Assembly (NCBI GenBank): GCA_044348875.1
Contig: JBIKSA010000005.1
Coordinates: forward strand, 112-64,111
DNA from: Erythrobacter sp.
GTDB taxonomy: Bacteria > Pseudomonadota > Alphaproteobacteria > Sphingomonadales > Sphingomonadaceae
Direction: 5' to 3'
Length of the DNA stretch: 64,000 nucleotides
How positions within the stretch are numbered: the first letter of the stretch is position 1; every line of letters starts with the position of its first letter. The notes under the pieces are model-generated. The model saw only the letters and a list, made by a program, of their open reading frames with translations, searched no databases and was not told the DNA's origin. Shown here in pieces: positions 28,267 through 41,428 of the stretch. Made by a program: the position numbers and the translations under genes.

Positions 28267-29337
28267 TTACCCCACCTGCCCCCGGTGCAGCAGTTTGTGA
28301 TCCGCCAGCACCAGCGCCATCATCGCTTCGACCACGGGGGTGCCGCGGATACCGACGCACGGATCGTGGCGGCCCTTGGTGACCACCTCCACCGCTTCGC
28401 CCGCGCTGTTGATCGATTCCACCGGCGTGAGGATTGACGAGGTCGGCTTGAAGGCGACGCGGCACACCACCGGCTGCCCGGTCGAAATGCCGCCTGCGGT
28501 GCCGCCCGCATGGTTGCTGGCGTAGACCGGCAACCCGTCTTCACCGGGCCGCATCCGGTCGGCGTTCTGTTCGCCGGTCAGGCGTGCGGCTTCAAAGCCG
28601 TCCCCGATCTCCACGCCCTTAACCGCGTTGATCGTCATCATCGCGGCGGCCAGATCGCTGTCGAGCTTGGCATAGATCGGCGCGCCCCAGCCTGCGGGAA
28701 CCCCGCTGGCGACACATTCGACAATCGCGCCGAGCGAGGAACCGGCCTTGCGCGCGGCATCGACCTTCTCTTCCCAGCGCTTGGCAGCCGCCGCGTCAGG
28801 ACAGAAGAACGGGTTGTTGCCGATTTCGGCATAGTCGACGTTGGCCGGGTCGATCCGGTCGCCGCCGAGTTCGCAGACATAGGCGGTGATGGTGACGTCC
28901 GGGATCACCAGCCGAGCAACAGCGCCCGCCGCCACCCGCGCCGCTGTCTCCCGAGCCGACGAACGACCGCCGCCGCGATAGTCGCGGATGCCGTATTTGG
29001 CGTCATAGGCATAATCGGCATGGCCGGGGCGATAGGACTGGGCGATATCGGAATAGTCCTTCGATCGCTGGTCCATGTTCTCGATCATCAGCGAAATCGG
29101 CGTGCCGGTGGTTTTGCCTTCGAACACCCCGGAGAGGATGCGCACGATGTCATCCTCGCGCCGCTGGGTGGTGAAGCGGCTGGTGCCCGGCTTCCTGGCA
29201 TCCATGAAGGGTTGGATGAACTCCTCGCTGATCGCCAGCCCCGGTGGGCAGCCGTCCACTACCGCGCCCAGCGCAGGCCCGTGACTTTCGCCCCAAGTGG
29301 TAAAGCGCAGCACGCGCCCGAAGGTATTCCAGCTCAT
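28267..29337 (-). CDS. aroC: Chorismate synthase
   Basis: [40 protein letters not shown]. Confidence 0.99.
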   Translation of the reverse strand: MSWNTFGRVLRFTTWGESHGPALGAVVDGCPPGLAISEEFIQPFMDARKPGTSRFTTQRREDDIVRILSGVFEGKTTGTPISLMIENMDQRSKDYSDIAQSYRPGHADYAYDAKYGIRDYRGGGRSSARETAARVAAGAVARLVIPDVTITAYVCELGGDRIDPANVDYAEIGNNPFFCPDAAAAKRWEEKVDAARKAGSSLGAIVECVASGVPAGWGAPIYAKLDSDLAAAMMTINAVKGVEIGDGFEAARLTGEQNADRMRPGEDGLPVYASNHAGGTAGGISTGQPVVCRVAFKPTSSILTPVESINSAGEAVEVVTKGRHDPCVGIRGTPVVEAMMALVLADHKLLHRGQVG

Positions 29338-29416
29338 GACACTGCCATCTGGCGCAAGTGTGGGCATCTGTCCATAAAGGCTGGACGCTGGGCGGGGCTT
29401 GCGTCAGGAACAAACC

Positions 29417-30025
29417 ATGATTGCAAAGCTATCCGGCAGGCTTGACTCCACAGGTGAGGATTGGGCCATCGTTGATGTCGGCGGGGTGGGCTATCTGGTT
29501 CACTGTTCCAGCCGCACGCTCTCGGCCCTGGGCTCGGTCGGAGATTTCTGCACCGTCCACACGCAATTGCAGGTGAGCGAGACCGACATGCGCCTGCTGG
29601 GCTTTGCCGACAGTGCCGAGCGGGACTGGTTCCGACTGCTGACCGGCGTGCAGAGCGTGGGGAGCAAGGTGGCGCTGGCGATCCTCTCCGCGCTTTCGAC
29701 CGGCGAACTGCGCGATGCGTGCGGGAAGGGCGACGCGGCAATGGTGACGCGCGCGAACGGCGTCGGGCCGAAGCTGGCAGCGCGGATTGTGAACGAACTG
29801 AAGGACAAGGCAGGCGGAATGCCCGGCGGTTCTGGCGGTTTCGCTCAGAGCGCGGCGGCGGCACCTTCGGGCAGCGTCGGCGCGGATGCGGCGAGTGCGC
29901 TGGAAAACCTCGGCTTCAAGCCCGCGGTCGCGGCGCAGGCGGTGGCGCGGGCGCTGGAAGAATTGGGCGAGGGTGCGAGCGAGGGCGACCTTATTCGCGT
30001 GGCATTGAAGAAGGCGGCGGGGTGA
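29417..30025 (+). CDS. ruvA: Holliday junction branch migration protein RuvA
   Basis: MIAKLSG, DVGGVGY, LLGF, VGSKVALAILS, GVGPKLAARIVNELKDK. Confidence 0.97.
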   Translation: MIAKLSGRLDSTGEDWAIVDVGGVGYLVHCSSRTLSALGSVGDFCTVHTQLQVSETDMRLLGFADSAERDWFRLLTGVQSVGSKVALAILSALSTGELRDACGKGDAAMVTRANGVGPKLAARIVNELKDKAGGMPGGSGGFAQSAAAAPSGSVGADAASALENLGFKPAVAAQAVARALEELGEGASEGDLIRVALKKAAG

Positions 30026-30031
30026 TAGTCG

Positions 30032-31063
30032 ATGACTGACACACCCCTACACACCCCCGCCCGCCAGCCCGGCGACCCGGACGCCGCGCTTCGCCCGCGC
30101 CGCTTGGCCGAATTCGTCGGGCAGGAGGCGGCCAAGGGCAACCTCGCCGTCTTCATCGCTGCCGCGCGTGCGCGCGGGGAGGCGATGGATCATACGCTGT
30201 TCTTTGGCCCCCCCGGCCTCGGTAAGACCACGCTGGCACAGATCATCGCGGGCGAACTGGGCGTTGGCTTTCGCGCTACCTCCGGCCCGGTGATAGCGAA
30301 GGCCGGCGATCTGGCCGCGCTGCTCACCAATCTTGAACCGCATGACGTGCTGTTCATCGACGAGATCCACCGCCTCTCCCCCGTCGTCGAGGAAGTGCTC
30401 TACCCGGCGATGGAGGACCGCGCGCTTGACCTCATCATCGGCGAGGGGCCGTCGGCGCGTTCTGTCCGCATCGACCTGCCGCCCTTCACGCTGATCGGGG
30501 CGACCACCCGCCAAGGCCTGCTGACCACACCGCTGCGCGACCGCTTTGGCATTCCCGTCAGGCTTAACTTCTACACGCACGAGGAACTGGAGCGCGTCGT
30601 CACCCGCGCGGCCGGACTGCTCGGCCTCGCGATCCAGCCCGATGGTGCCCATGAAATTGCCCGCCGCAGCCGCGGGACGCCGCGCGTGGCGGGGCGATTG
30701 CTTCGCCGCGTGCGAGACTTTGCCGATGTCGCGGGCGCGGCCAGCGTCACCCGCCATGTCGCCGACGAGGCGCTCACGCGGCTGGAGATCGACAGGCTAG
30801 GCCTCGATGCGATGGATCGCCGCTATCTCACCATGATTGCGACCACCTACAAAGGCGGCCCCGTGGGGATCGAGACGCTGGCGGCCGGCCTCGCCGAACC
30901 GCGCGACACGGTGGAGGAGGTGGTGGAACCCTACCTCATCCAGCTCGGCCTGATCGCTCGTACAGCGCGCGGGCGTGTGCTGAACGATGGCGGCTGGGCG
31001 CATCTGGAGATGAACCCACCCAGAGAATCACCCCCTAGCCAGTCAGGCCTGTTCGAAGACTGA
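30032..31063 (+). CDS. ruvB: Holliday junction DNA helicase RuvB
   Basis: [40 protein letters not shown]. Confidence 0.99.
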   Translation: MTDTPLHTPARQPGDPDAALRPRRLAEFVGQEAAKGNLAVFIAAARARGEAMDHTLFFGPPGLGKTTLAQIIAGELGVGFRATSGPVIAKAGDLAALLTNLEPHDVLFIDEIHRLSPVVEEVLYPAMEDRALDLIIGEGPSARSVRIDLPPFTLIGATTRQGLLTTPLRDRFGIPVRLNFYTHEELERVVTRAAGLLGLAIQPDGAHEIARRSRGTPRVAGRLLRRVRDFADVAGAASVTRHVADEALTRLEIDRLGLDAMDRRYLTMIATTYKGGPVGIETLAAGLAEPRDTVEEVVEPYLIQLGLIARTARGRVLNDGGWAHLEMNPPRESPPSQSGLFED

Positions 31064-31291
31064 GTCCGCCGCTTTATTAACCATCGGGCTAACTCACACC
31101 CGATTTTCGGTACCAGTTCGGGACAGCCCGTCCGAAATCACGCGAATCTGCCGTGATTTCGGCACCTTGGGCGGAATAGACATAGTTAACCGGATTGCCC
31201 CTGTGTGCCTTCTGATTTCTAAAGAAGGCTGGATTTGGAGGAGGCGCGCCCGATGCGTTGCCGCCTCTCTACGGAAACAGGGTATTCGACC

Positions 31292-32731
31292 ATGTCGCTC
31301 AAATTGGCCATCGCAAAGCTTTCCGCTGCTGCTGCGGGCGTCGCATTGTTGCAAGGTGGCGCGGTGCGCATGGCCGAGCCGATGAACACCAACGCGCCGG
31401 ACTATTCGACCAATATCGACCGCAAGCTGGTGCAGGTCGATCCCGTCACCGGCGCACGCTATATCAAGGGCGCCGAGCGGGTGATCATTGCTCCCGAAGA
31501 GCGCCGCCGCCGGATTGTCGAACGCACGATCGAGTGTCAGCCGGTCGGCCCCGCGGGCGCTGCGGGTGCGGCCAGCTTCCCGGCGGGCACAGTCCAGACC
31601 TATTATGATGCAGCCGAATGCGCGCCGATCGCACAGGTCGCCTACATGCCCGCACCGCTACCGGCGCTTCCCCCGATTTCGGGCGGCGGTGGGCCGGGCG
31701 GCGGCTGGGGTGGCGGTTTTGGAGGCGGCGGTTTTGGCGGCGGAATGGGCTTTGGCGGCGGCGGCTTCTTTGGCGGCTTCTTTGGCGGCGGCGGTTCGTC
31801 GTCCGGCGACGTATCCGTCGTCAGCACCACCACGACAGGTGGCGGCGATGGCGGCGGGAACGGCGGCGGCAATGGTGGCAACGGCGGCAACGGCGGCACT
31901 GGCGGTAACGGCGGTAACGGCGGTAACGGCGGCAATGGCAACAATGGCACCAATGGCGGCGGCGGCAGCGGTATCGTGATTAATATCGACAATTCCACTT
32001 CTACGACGTCATCCTCCGGTCAGCTCAGTTCCACCACCACATCTTCGTCAGGCACGGTGACCTCGTCGACCGGCACGGTGTCGAGCAGCACCGGCGCAGT
32101 GTCGAGCACCAGCACATCGGGCGCGGTAACATCATCGAGCGGCGCGGTGTCGTCCTCTGGCAATGTTTCCAGCTCGACCGGGGCTGTGTCATCTTCCGGT
32201 AATGTTTCCAGCTCCAGCGGCGCGGTTTCCTCTTCGGGGAATGTGTCGTCTTCGACGGGCAGCGTTTCCAGTTCGAGCGGTGGCGTGTCGAGCTCCTCGG
32301 GCAATGTGTCGAGCAGCAGCGGCGGCGTTTCCAGTTCCTCGGGCAATGTGTCCAGCTCGTCCGGCAATGTCAGTTCCTCGACCGGTGCGGTGACAAGCTC
32401 GTCGTCGTCGTCCTCGTCTTCTTCGTCGAGCTCTTCGTCGTCATCGTCGTCGTCCTCATCGTCTTCGGGCGGGGCGACCAGCGGCGGGACGTCGGGCGAT
32501 ATGACCAGCAGCAGCAGTTCGTCGTCGTCGTCATCTTCGAGCAGCAGCGGTTCCAGCGGATCGTCTGGCAGCAGCGGGTCTTCAAGCTCGTCGAGCAGCA
32601 GCAGTTCGTCTTCGTCGAGCAGCAGTTCCTCGTCCTCTTCGGGCGGCAATGAAGTGCCCGCACCGCCTATGACGATCCTATTCGGCCTCGCCGCCGCTGC
32701 GATCCTCGGACGACGCAAGTTCCTCGGCTGA
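31292..32731 (+). CDS. Ser/Gly-rich surface protein with PEP-CTERM-like sorting signal
   Basis: N-terminal signal-like segment, Gly/Asn and Ser repeats, C-terminal EVPAPP + hydrophobic helix + RRK. Confidence 0.8.
   Translation: MSLKLAIAKLSAAAAGVALLQGGAVRMAEPMNTNAPDYSTNIDRKLVQVDPVTGARYIKGAERVIIAPEERRRRIVERTIECQPVGPAGAAGAASFPAGTVQTYYDAAECAPIAQVAYMPAPLPALPPISGGGGPGGGWGGGFGGGGFGGGMGFGGGGFFGGFFGGGGSSSGDVSVVSTTTTGGGDGGGNGGGNGGNGGNGGTGGNGGNGGNGGNGNNGTNGGGGSGIVINIDNSTSTTSSSGQLSSTTTSSSGTVTSSTGTVSSSTGAVSSTSTSGAVTSSSGAVSSSGNVSSSTGAVSSSGNVSSSSGAVSSSGNVSSSTGSVSSSSGGVSSSSGNVSSSSGGVSSSSGNVSSSSGNVSSSTGAVTSSSSSSSSSSSSSSSSSSSSSSSSGGATSGGTSGDMTSSSSSSSSSSSSSSGSSGSSGSSGSSSSSSSSSSSSSSSSSSSSSGGNEVPAPPMTILFGLAAAAILGRRKFLG
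31990..32645 (+). repeat. Low-complexity Ser-rich coding repeat (six SGNV units plus poly-Ser)
   Basis: Protein-level repeat encoded with mixed tcg/tcc/tct/agc/agt codons. Confidence 0.9.
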
Positions 32732-32753
32732 AGCGCGGCCATCATACACAACG

Positions 32754-32786
32754 AAAGAGGCGGCTCTTGCGGGCCGCGTCTTTTTG
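32754..32786. terminator. Probably bidirectional terminator
   Basis: AAAGAGGCGGCTC-TTGC-GGGCCGCGTCTTTTT between convergent genes. Confidence 0.7.
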
Positions 32787-32805
32787 TTTGGGTGGGGATG
32801 ATGTG

Positions 32806-33321
32806 TTAAGGCTGTTTGTCGACCGGCTGCCCGGCGGCTTCCCAGGCGAGCATCCCGCCCTCAAGATGCGCCACCGGTTCACCCGTCACGGCCGCCAGCT
32901 TCTCGCCTGCGATCGCCGAACGGCGGCCCGAGCGGCAATAAAGCACCACCTCGCGCCCGTCCGACAGATCAAGCTTGGCGGGATCGAAGCGGTCTAGCGG
33001 AATGTGCTCCGCGCCGGAGATCACGCCATCGGTCACTTCGGCATCGGTGCGCACATCGATCAGACGAACATTGCCATCCTTGATTCGCGCGGCGAGATCT
33101 TCTGGAGAAAGAGTGACCAGCGGCGCCGGTGCAGGGGCGGGCGCGGCGGTATCGTCACTGCCGCCTGGCTCTGTACCCAAGCCTGCAAATGCCAGCTCGA
33201 AGCCGGCTGGAGCAGACGGCGACTCGCGCTTGCTACCCGCCCCGCCCTGCCCGTCCCCGCAGGCCACCAGCAAGAGCGGCAGGGTGGGGACGACAATCAG
33301 GGCGAGGCGGCGTGGCGTCAT
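32806..33321 (-). CDS. Rhodanese-domain lipoprotein
   Basis: Lipobox LLVAC, LIDVRT, active site YCRSGRRS, LEGGMLAW. Confidence 0.88.
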   Translation of the reverse strand: MTPRRLALIVVPTLPLLLVACGDGQGGAGSKRESPSAPAGFELAFAGLGTEPGGSDDTAAPAPAPAPLVTLSPEDLAARIKDGNVRLIDVRTDAEVTDGVISGAEHIPLDRFDPAKLDLSDGREVVLYCRSGRRSAIAGEKLAAVTGEPVAHLEGGMLAWEAAGQPVDKQP

Positions 33322-33329
33322 GCGTGCCT

Positions 33330-36002
<2,673 letters not shown>

Positions 36003-36131
36003 GGGGGGGTTCCATCCTTATGATTTAGACCCGCCCCCGATCCACCAAGGGCGCGGTTTTCGAAGGCCTCCTGCGCTGCCTCGTGCGTGAGGTCAAGTGG
36101 GGCAAGGGACATTCGCCTTCGGGAATTGGCC

Positions 36132-37019
36132 TTAGGCAGCGGCCGGTGCAGGGCGAGCGGGCCGGGTGGCGATCCAGCAGCCGGTGACGATCAGGGCGGT
36201 GCCCGCCAGTGTCGGCAGCGTGACCGGCTCGCGGAAGAACAGCCAGCCGAACAATGCCGCCCAGACGAAGCCTGAATACTCGGTCGGCACCAGGACATTT
36301 GCCTCGGCCCGGGCATAGGCCCATGCGATCGACAGCGAGCCCGCCACCGTCAGCGCCCCAGCCGCCAGCAGCGGCACCCACGCCCCGCCCGCAGGCGGTG
36401 TCCAGAACAACGGTGCGAGCGTCAGCAGCACCAGCCCGCCGATGCCGCTGTGAAAGGTCGCGATCTCCAGCGGACCGGCCACTTGCGCCTGCCGCCGGAT
36501 GACGATGAAATTATAGGCATAAAGCAGCGCCGAGATGAACAGTGAGGCAATCCCCAGCGCCGCGTCCTCGTCAAACTGTCCTTGCCCGATCCGCCCGCCA
36601 ACAATCACCAGGGTTCCCGCAAACCCCAGTACGCTTGCGCCAATGGCGGCGCGGCTGATTGTCTCGCCCAACAGCACGCGGGCGAGGTACAGCGCGATCA
36701 GCGGGGCAATGAAGCTAAGCGCAATCGCTTCGGCCAGCGGCAGCAGGGTCAGCGAATAGAAGAAGGTCAGCGCCATGAACGCCGACACCACACCGCGCGT
36801 GAGGTGCAGTTTCCAGACCGCCGCGCTGGGCATCGCCGGCCCGCGCGCCAGCCATATCGGCGCTATCAAGGCCGCACCGATGAACGCCCGCAGCACGGTG
36901 GCGGTATAGGCTCCCGTCGCCAGCGCGGCTTCTTTCATGAAGGCATCCATCAGCGACAGGAAGCCCACTCCGGCCAGCGCGGCGGCGAAAGGCAGCAGGG
37001 CGTGGTGGCGGCCGGGCAT
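36132..37019 (-). CDS. DMT (EamA/RhaT) family transporter
   Basis: About ten TM segments in two EamA repeats (LPLAEAIALSFIAPL; EYSGFVWAALFGWLFF-E); start 37019 or 37031. Confidence 0.9.
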   Translation of the reverse strand: MPGRHHALLPFAAALAGVGFLSLMDAFMKEAALATGAYTATVLRAFIGAALIAPIWLARGPAMPSAAVWKLHLTRGVVSAFMALTFFYSLTLLPLAEAIALSFIAPLIALYLARVLLGETISRAAIGASVLGFAGTLVIVGGRIGQGQFDEDAALGIASLFISALLYAYNFIVIRRQAQVAGPLEIATFHSGIGGLVLLTLAPLFWTPPAGGAWVPLLAAGALTVAGSLSIAWAYARAEANVLVPTEYSGFVWAALFGWLFFREPVTLPTLAGTALIVTGCWIATRPARPAPAAA

Positions 37020-37202
37020 GGGCAGAGCCATAGCCGCGGCAATGCGCAAGGTCACGTGATGGTAGCGACAAGGCCACAGGGTAAAGAACATTAATGCAGG
37101 TGAAAGCCAAGATGGTTGATAGGGGCATGGCGCTGCGGATAAAGTCACAGTGACAATGGTGCTGGGCAGACGCGGCGGCACGGGGCGAAAAAGGCGATAG
37201 GG

Positions 37203-38633
37203 ATGACGAGGTTTTCGGGCAGGTTGGCTGGCGGCGCGGCCATTGCTGCAATAGTGACGAGCGCGGCGCTGGCGCAGGACGGCAGGCTTAACGGTCCGGG
37301 CGTGATCCCCGGCGGCGAGCAGACGGGCGGTCCCGTGATCGTGCAAGTGCCTGCACCTGCTCGGACGCCGACTCCCGCTCCCGCACCGACAGCTACGCCT
37401 AAAGCGTCAGACGCTTTTGCGCAGGCCTTCCCGGTGGTGCAGCCGGCCGAAGCGCCGCTGGTGCAGGCATGGACCGTGGGTCAGGCGGCACGGCTGGTCG
37501 CGGTAATCGAGGCGATCGGTGCCGAAGGGCTGGACCCCAAGGATTACGACCTCGCCCCGCTGAAGGTGGCTCTGGCGTCGGGCCCCTCGGCCGAACTGAA
37601 CCAGATCGCGTCGCAAAGCTTCGTCTGGCTGGTCGAGGATCTGCGCGACGGGCGCACGCCGATGGACGCGCGTGAACAGTGGTTCGTGGTCGATCGCGAT
37701 CGCGACACCTTCCGCACCGGCGATGTGCTGGCAGAGGCGCTGAAGACCGGCGACATCGCCGGCGTGCTTGCGAAGCTTGCGCCGACCCATCCCGATTATG
37801 CCAAGCTGAAGGCCGAACTGGCGATCACCCCCGCCAGCGCGGCAGGCAAGCGGAAGCTGATCCGTGCCAACATGGATCGCTGGCGGTGGTTGCAGCGCGA
37901 TCTGGGTTCGCAATACCTGATCACCAACGTGCCCGAATTCCAGCTCCGCCTGACAGTGCGTAACAGGATCATCAGCACCTATCGCACCATCGTCGGCAAG
38001 CCGGGGCGCACCGCCACCCCGCAACTGGCCGAGGTGGTCGAAGGCGTGGTGTTCAACCCGACGTGGACTGTGCCGCAGTCAATCGTCAAGGGTGAGGGGC
38101 TGGGCGCAAAAGTGCTGGGCAACCCCGCTTGGGGCAAGCGTAACGGCTATGTCGCGACCAAGGGTGCCAATGGTTACATCACCGTGGTGCAGCAGCCGGG
38201 GCCGGGCAATTCGCTGGGTATGATGAAACTGGAAATGCCTAACGAACACGCGATTTTCTTCCACGACACCCCGTCGCGCCACCTGTTCGCCAATGACAGC
38301 CGCGCGCTCAGCCACGGCTGTGTGCGCACCGAACGCGCGCTGGAACTGGCGATGACGATGGCGATTCTCGGCAAGGGTGCCACCAAGGATGAAGCGGTCG
38401 CGATTTCCACCTCGGGCAAATATACCAAGGTTATGCTGGAAAAGCAGTGGCCCGCCTATATCACCTATTTCACGATGGCGTCCGACATCAACGGCCAGAT
38501 GGCGACCTTCAAGGACATCTATGGCCGCGATACAAAGGTGCTTGCCAGCCTCGACAAGCCGCGCGTGCGCAATCGTAGCAATGTGGTGGATGACGAGGTG
38601 ATCGTGATCGAGGACAATCTGCGCGACAGCTAA
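37203..38633 (+). CDS. L,D-transpeptidase (YcbB/LdtD-like with scaffold domain)
   Basis: NMDRWRWL, NVPEFQL, FNPTWTVP, FFHDTP...ALSHGCVR. Confidence 0.92.
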   Translation: MTRFSGRLAGGAAIAAIVTSAALAQDGRLNGPGVIPGGEQTGGPVIVQVPAPARTPTPAPAPTATPKASDAFAQAFPVVQPAEAPLVQAWTVGQAARLVAVIEAIGAEGLDPKDYDLAPLKVALASGPSAELNQIASQSFVWLVEDLRDGRTPMDAREQWFVVDRDRDTFRTGDVLAEALKTGDIAGVLAKLAPTHPDYAKLKAELAITPASAAGKRKLIRANMDRWRWLQRDLGSQYLITNVPEFQLRLTVRNRIISTYRTIVGKPGRTATPQLAEVVEGVVFNPTWTVPQSIVKGEGLGAKVLGNPAWGKRNGYVATKGANGYITVVQQPGPGNSLGMMKLEMPNEHAIFFHDTPSRHLFANDSRALSHGCVRTERALELAMTMAILGKGATKDEAVAISTSGKYTKVMLEKQWPAYITYFTMASDINGQMATFKDIYGRDTKVLASLDKPRVRNRSNVVDDEVIVIEDNLRDS

Positions 38634-38664
38634 GGCGCAGGCTTCGCGTCCGGATCGCCAGCGT

Positions 38665-39366
38665 TCAGAAGGCGCTGGCGCCCGGGCGGGAGCCGAGGTC
38701 GAGCGGCGCGCGTTCGATCATGGCGAGTTCCGGCACAGGCTGTATGCTGCCGTCTGCTTCCAGACCCAGGCTGTCCGCGAACAGCAGGCGGCCCCCGGAC
38801 AGATGCACCAGCGCCTCACGGAACTGATCGGTGCCCATCGCGAAACACCCGTTGGAGCGGCCCAGACGGCCCCACTTTTCGATGTGGTAGTCTTCGGCAT
38901 AATCGGCGTGGTGCATCACGATGTAGCGGCGCAGCGCTGCGTCGTTGCTGTGGTCCAGCCCGCCTAACCGCACGGATGTGCCGTAACGGCCCGTGTACCA
39001 TTCCCACGTGACATAAGCCCCGCGGCTGGTCGCGTTGGAGCCTTCGGTGTTGGAAAACTGCTTCAGCCAGCCATCATGCTGCGGGTCCGAACCCATGCCG
39101 TGGCTGACGCGGTGCGAGACAATTTCGCCGCGATCAAGATTGACGAAGTGAAACCGGGGTTTTGCCGAATGCAGTCCGAAATCGGCGATGCCGACGATGT
39201 CATGCTTCCAGATCGCGTTGCCCGCGCGCAGCAGTTCGCGCTTGGCGATGTTGAAGAGAATACGGTCGCGCGGGGTGCCGGCAGCGACAGACGCAAACAG
39301 GCGGGTCGGCAGCGCCAACGCTGCTCCAGCGGCTAGAGTGCCTTTCAAAATATCGCGGCGCTTCAT
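38665..39366 (-). CDS. Murein L,D-transpeptidase catalytic domain protein (YkuD_2), Tat-exported
   Basis: KRRDILK Tat motif, VSHGMGSD, IVMHHADY...LGRSNGCF. Confidence 0.9.
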   Translation of the reverse strand: MKRRDILKGTLAAGAALALPTRLFASVAAGTPRDRILFNIAKRELLRAGNAIWKHDIVGIADFGLHSAKPRFHFVNLDRGEIVSHRVSHGMGSDPQHDGWLKQFSNTEGSNATSRGAYVTWEWYTGRYGTSVRLGGLDHSNDAALRRYIVMHHADYAEDYHIEKWGRLGRSNGCFAMGTDQFREALVHLSGGRLLFADSLGLEADGSIQPVPELAMIERAPLDLGSRPGASAF

Positions 39367-39435
39367 TGTTCAACAACGTAACCGGCAGAGCTCAGGTTCC
39401 CAATGGGGTTGGCAACGGTTCATCGCAGCTATGCC

Positions 39436-40359
39436 TCAACTCGTGCCTGAAGGTGCCGGAAATGCGCTGTTTGCCTCAGCCATGGCCAGCATTGAAGCGG
39501 CGTGGCGGGCGGCCACTTCGCGCGGATCATCGCCATATCCGCCGCCCAAAGCGCTTGCCACTGGCAGGCGGCGGTGGCGGCTTTCGCCGATGACAAAGCG
39601 GTCGCGCAGGGCCAGCCCCGCATCGCTCAGTCCCAGCCGGCCCAGCTTGTCATCGCGGTGCGGATCGACGCCGGCCTGATAGAGCACGAAGTCGGGCGCA
39701 AATGCGGAGAAGACTTCAGGCAGGTGGCGGGTCAGGGCTTCCATATAGCCGTCATCGTCCAACCCGTCGGGCAAAGCGACATCGCGGCTGGACCGGGCTT
39801 TCCTGACCGGGAAGTTCTTTTCGGCATGGAGCGAGAGAGTGAAGATATCCTCGCGCCCTGCAGTGAGGCTGGCGGTGCCGTCACCCTGATGGACGTCCAG
39901 ATCGACGATCAGCACGCGCGCGGCGTGGCGCTCTGCGACCAGCCGGTTGGCGGTAATGGCCAGATCGTTGAACACGCAATAGCCCGCGCCAGTGTCGTGC
40001 AGCGCGTGATGGCTGCCAGCGGCGGAATTGGCGGCATAGCCGTGGCTCCGGGCAAGCTGCGCGGCGAGCCATGTGCCGCCGTTGGTGTGGCGCACGCGGC
40101 TAGTGATGGCGGGCGTGACGGGAAATCCGATGCGACGCTCCTTGTCCTGCGGCACTTCGGCGCGGAACACCTCGTCAACATAGGTCGGGCAGTGCACCGC
40201 CTCCAGCCATTCCCGCGGCATCGGCTGCGGCGCGTGTTCGGTGATCGGCGCGCCGCTGGCCCGCAGTTCTTCCATGACGAGGTAATATTTGTCGAAGCGG
40301 AAAGTGCCGCGCTCCGGGCGCGGGGCCATATAGTCGGCATGGTGGACGACATGGAGCAT
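39436..40359 (-). CDS. Histone deacetylase family protein
   Basis: [36 protein letters not shown]. Confidence 0.93.
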   Translation of the reverse strand: MLHVVHHADYMAPRPERGTFRFDKYYLVMEELRASGAPITEHAPQPMPREWLEAVHCPTYVDEVFRAEVPQDKERRIGFPVTPAITSRVRHTNGGTWLAAQLARSHGYAANSAAGSHHALHDTGAGYCVFNDLAITANRLVAERHAARVLIVDLDVHQGDGTASLTAGREDIFTLSLHAEKNFPVRKARSSRDVALPDGLDDDGYMEALTRHLPEVFSAFAPDFVLYQAGVDPHRDDKLGRLGLSDAGLALRDRFVIGESRHRRLPVASALGGGYGDDPREVAARHAASMLAMAEANSAFPAPSGTS

Positions 40360-40364
40360 CGCGC

Positions 40365-40910
40365 TCAGAGATACCCGCTATGTTCGGCGAGTATTTTTGC
40401 GCCTAGCCCGATCAGGATCAGACCCCCGGCCCGTTCCGCCCATTCACCCCAGCGGTCACCCGCGCGGTGGCCCAGCAGCACGCCCGCTCCGCTCATGGCG
40501 AAGGTGACCAGTCCGATCAGCGCAACGGCGGACAGCGGCTCGATTGCCAGCGTGGGCAGTGTAATCCCTGCGGCCAGCGCGTCGACGCTTGTCGCCACCC
40601 CCGCGACCAGCAGCGACTTGCCAGTCAATGCCCGTGCGGTTTCGCCCTCGCCAACATGGCCGCCCAGCATCCTGACGCCGAGGTAAGTCAGCAGACCGAA
40701 GGCGATCCAGTGGTCGATCACTTCGACATAGGCCAGCGCAATCGCCCCGATCCCCAGCCCGGCGAGCGGCATCAGCGCCTGAAGCACGCCGAACGTCAGC
40801 GCAATGGCCAGCCCCTGGCGGGGCGAAGGCCGGAACCGCGCCCCTTGCGTCAACGCGACCGCAAAGGCGTCCATCGCCAGCGCGAAGGCGAGCAGGAGGG
40901 CTTCGATCAT
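40365..40910 (-). CDS. mntP: Manganese efflux pump MntP family
   Basis: [11 protein letters not shown] and [10 protein letters not shown] repeats, six TM segments. Confidence 0.88.
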   Translation of the reverse strand: MIEALLLAFALAMDAFAVALTQGARFRPSPRQGLAIALTFGVLQALMPLAGLGIGAIALAYVEVIDHWIAFGLLTYLGVRMLGGHVGEGETARALTGKSLLVAGVATSVDALAAGITLPTLAIEPLSAVALIGLVTFAMSGAGVLLGHRAGDRWGEWAERAGGLILIGLGAKILAEHSGYL

Positions 40911-41428
40911 GGCCGGGGCAGGGCCCGATTTTCGGCCAGCGCGGTGAGTTCGGCAAGAATAGCGTCTTCGCTGCGGCTGGCAGCGTTGCGCCAGCTCGCG
41001 GCGGTATCGAGGTTTACCGCGCGGCCTTCCGGCGTCAGCACCAGCAGGGCAGGCGTGCCGGGGACGTCCGCGAGCCCGAAACGCCGGGCCACATCGAGGT
41101 TATGCCCGTCGCCGGTTTGCGGCATGCCGACATTGACGAATAGCAACTCGTAACGCTCTGCCACAAGCGCGGCGAAGCGCGGGGCTTCGAGCCAACCGGC
41201 CAGCGCGCGGCTATCGTGGCACCAGTTGGCGCCCATCACCAGCAGCACGTGCTTGCCCGAGGCGGCGGCGAGGGTGAGCGCGGCATCGACTTCGGCCATC
41301 GCGTCTGCGGCGGCGGTGTAGGGACGCGCTTCGGGGTGCGGGGCGACGGCGGCCGTCATGGGCGCAGGCCCGATGGCGCAGGCGGAAAGCGCCAGCGCCA
41401 GACTTGCGGCAATCGCGGGCCGGATCAC
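40907..41428 (-). CDS. Thioredoxin-like lipoprotein with CxxS motif
   Basis: Lipobox LALSAC; [12 protein letters not shown]; GTPALLVL. Confidence 0.85.
   Translation of the reverse strand: MIRPAIAASLALALSACAIGPAPMTAAVAPHPEARPYTAAADAMAEVDAALTLAAASGKHVLLVMGANWCHDSRALAGWLEAPRFAALVAERYELLFVNVGMPQTGDGHNLDVARRFGLADVPGTPALLVLTPEGRAVNLDTAASWRNAASRSEDAILAELTALAENRALPRP

Noticed and set aside
29417-31063. ruvAB without adjacent ruvC
   Set aside because: Split ruv loci are common; ruvC may simply lie outside the window
31140-31290. Sigma54 promoter expected for a PEP-CTERM gene
   Set aside because: CGGCAC at ~31160 is not followed by TTGC at the -12 position
31642-31998. Poly-proline ORF, and the Glu/Asp/Leu-rich ORF at 32020-32751, on the minus strand
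   Set aside because: Reverse complements of the Gly and Ser repeats of the PEP-CTERM-like protein
31990-32645. Repetitive DNA considered as a CRISPR array or satellite
   Set aside because: No constant repeat/unique spacer pattern and no cas genes; the repeat is conserved as protein, not as DNA
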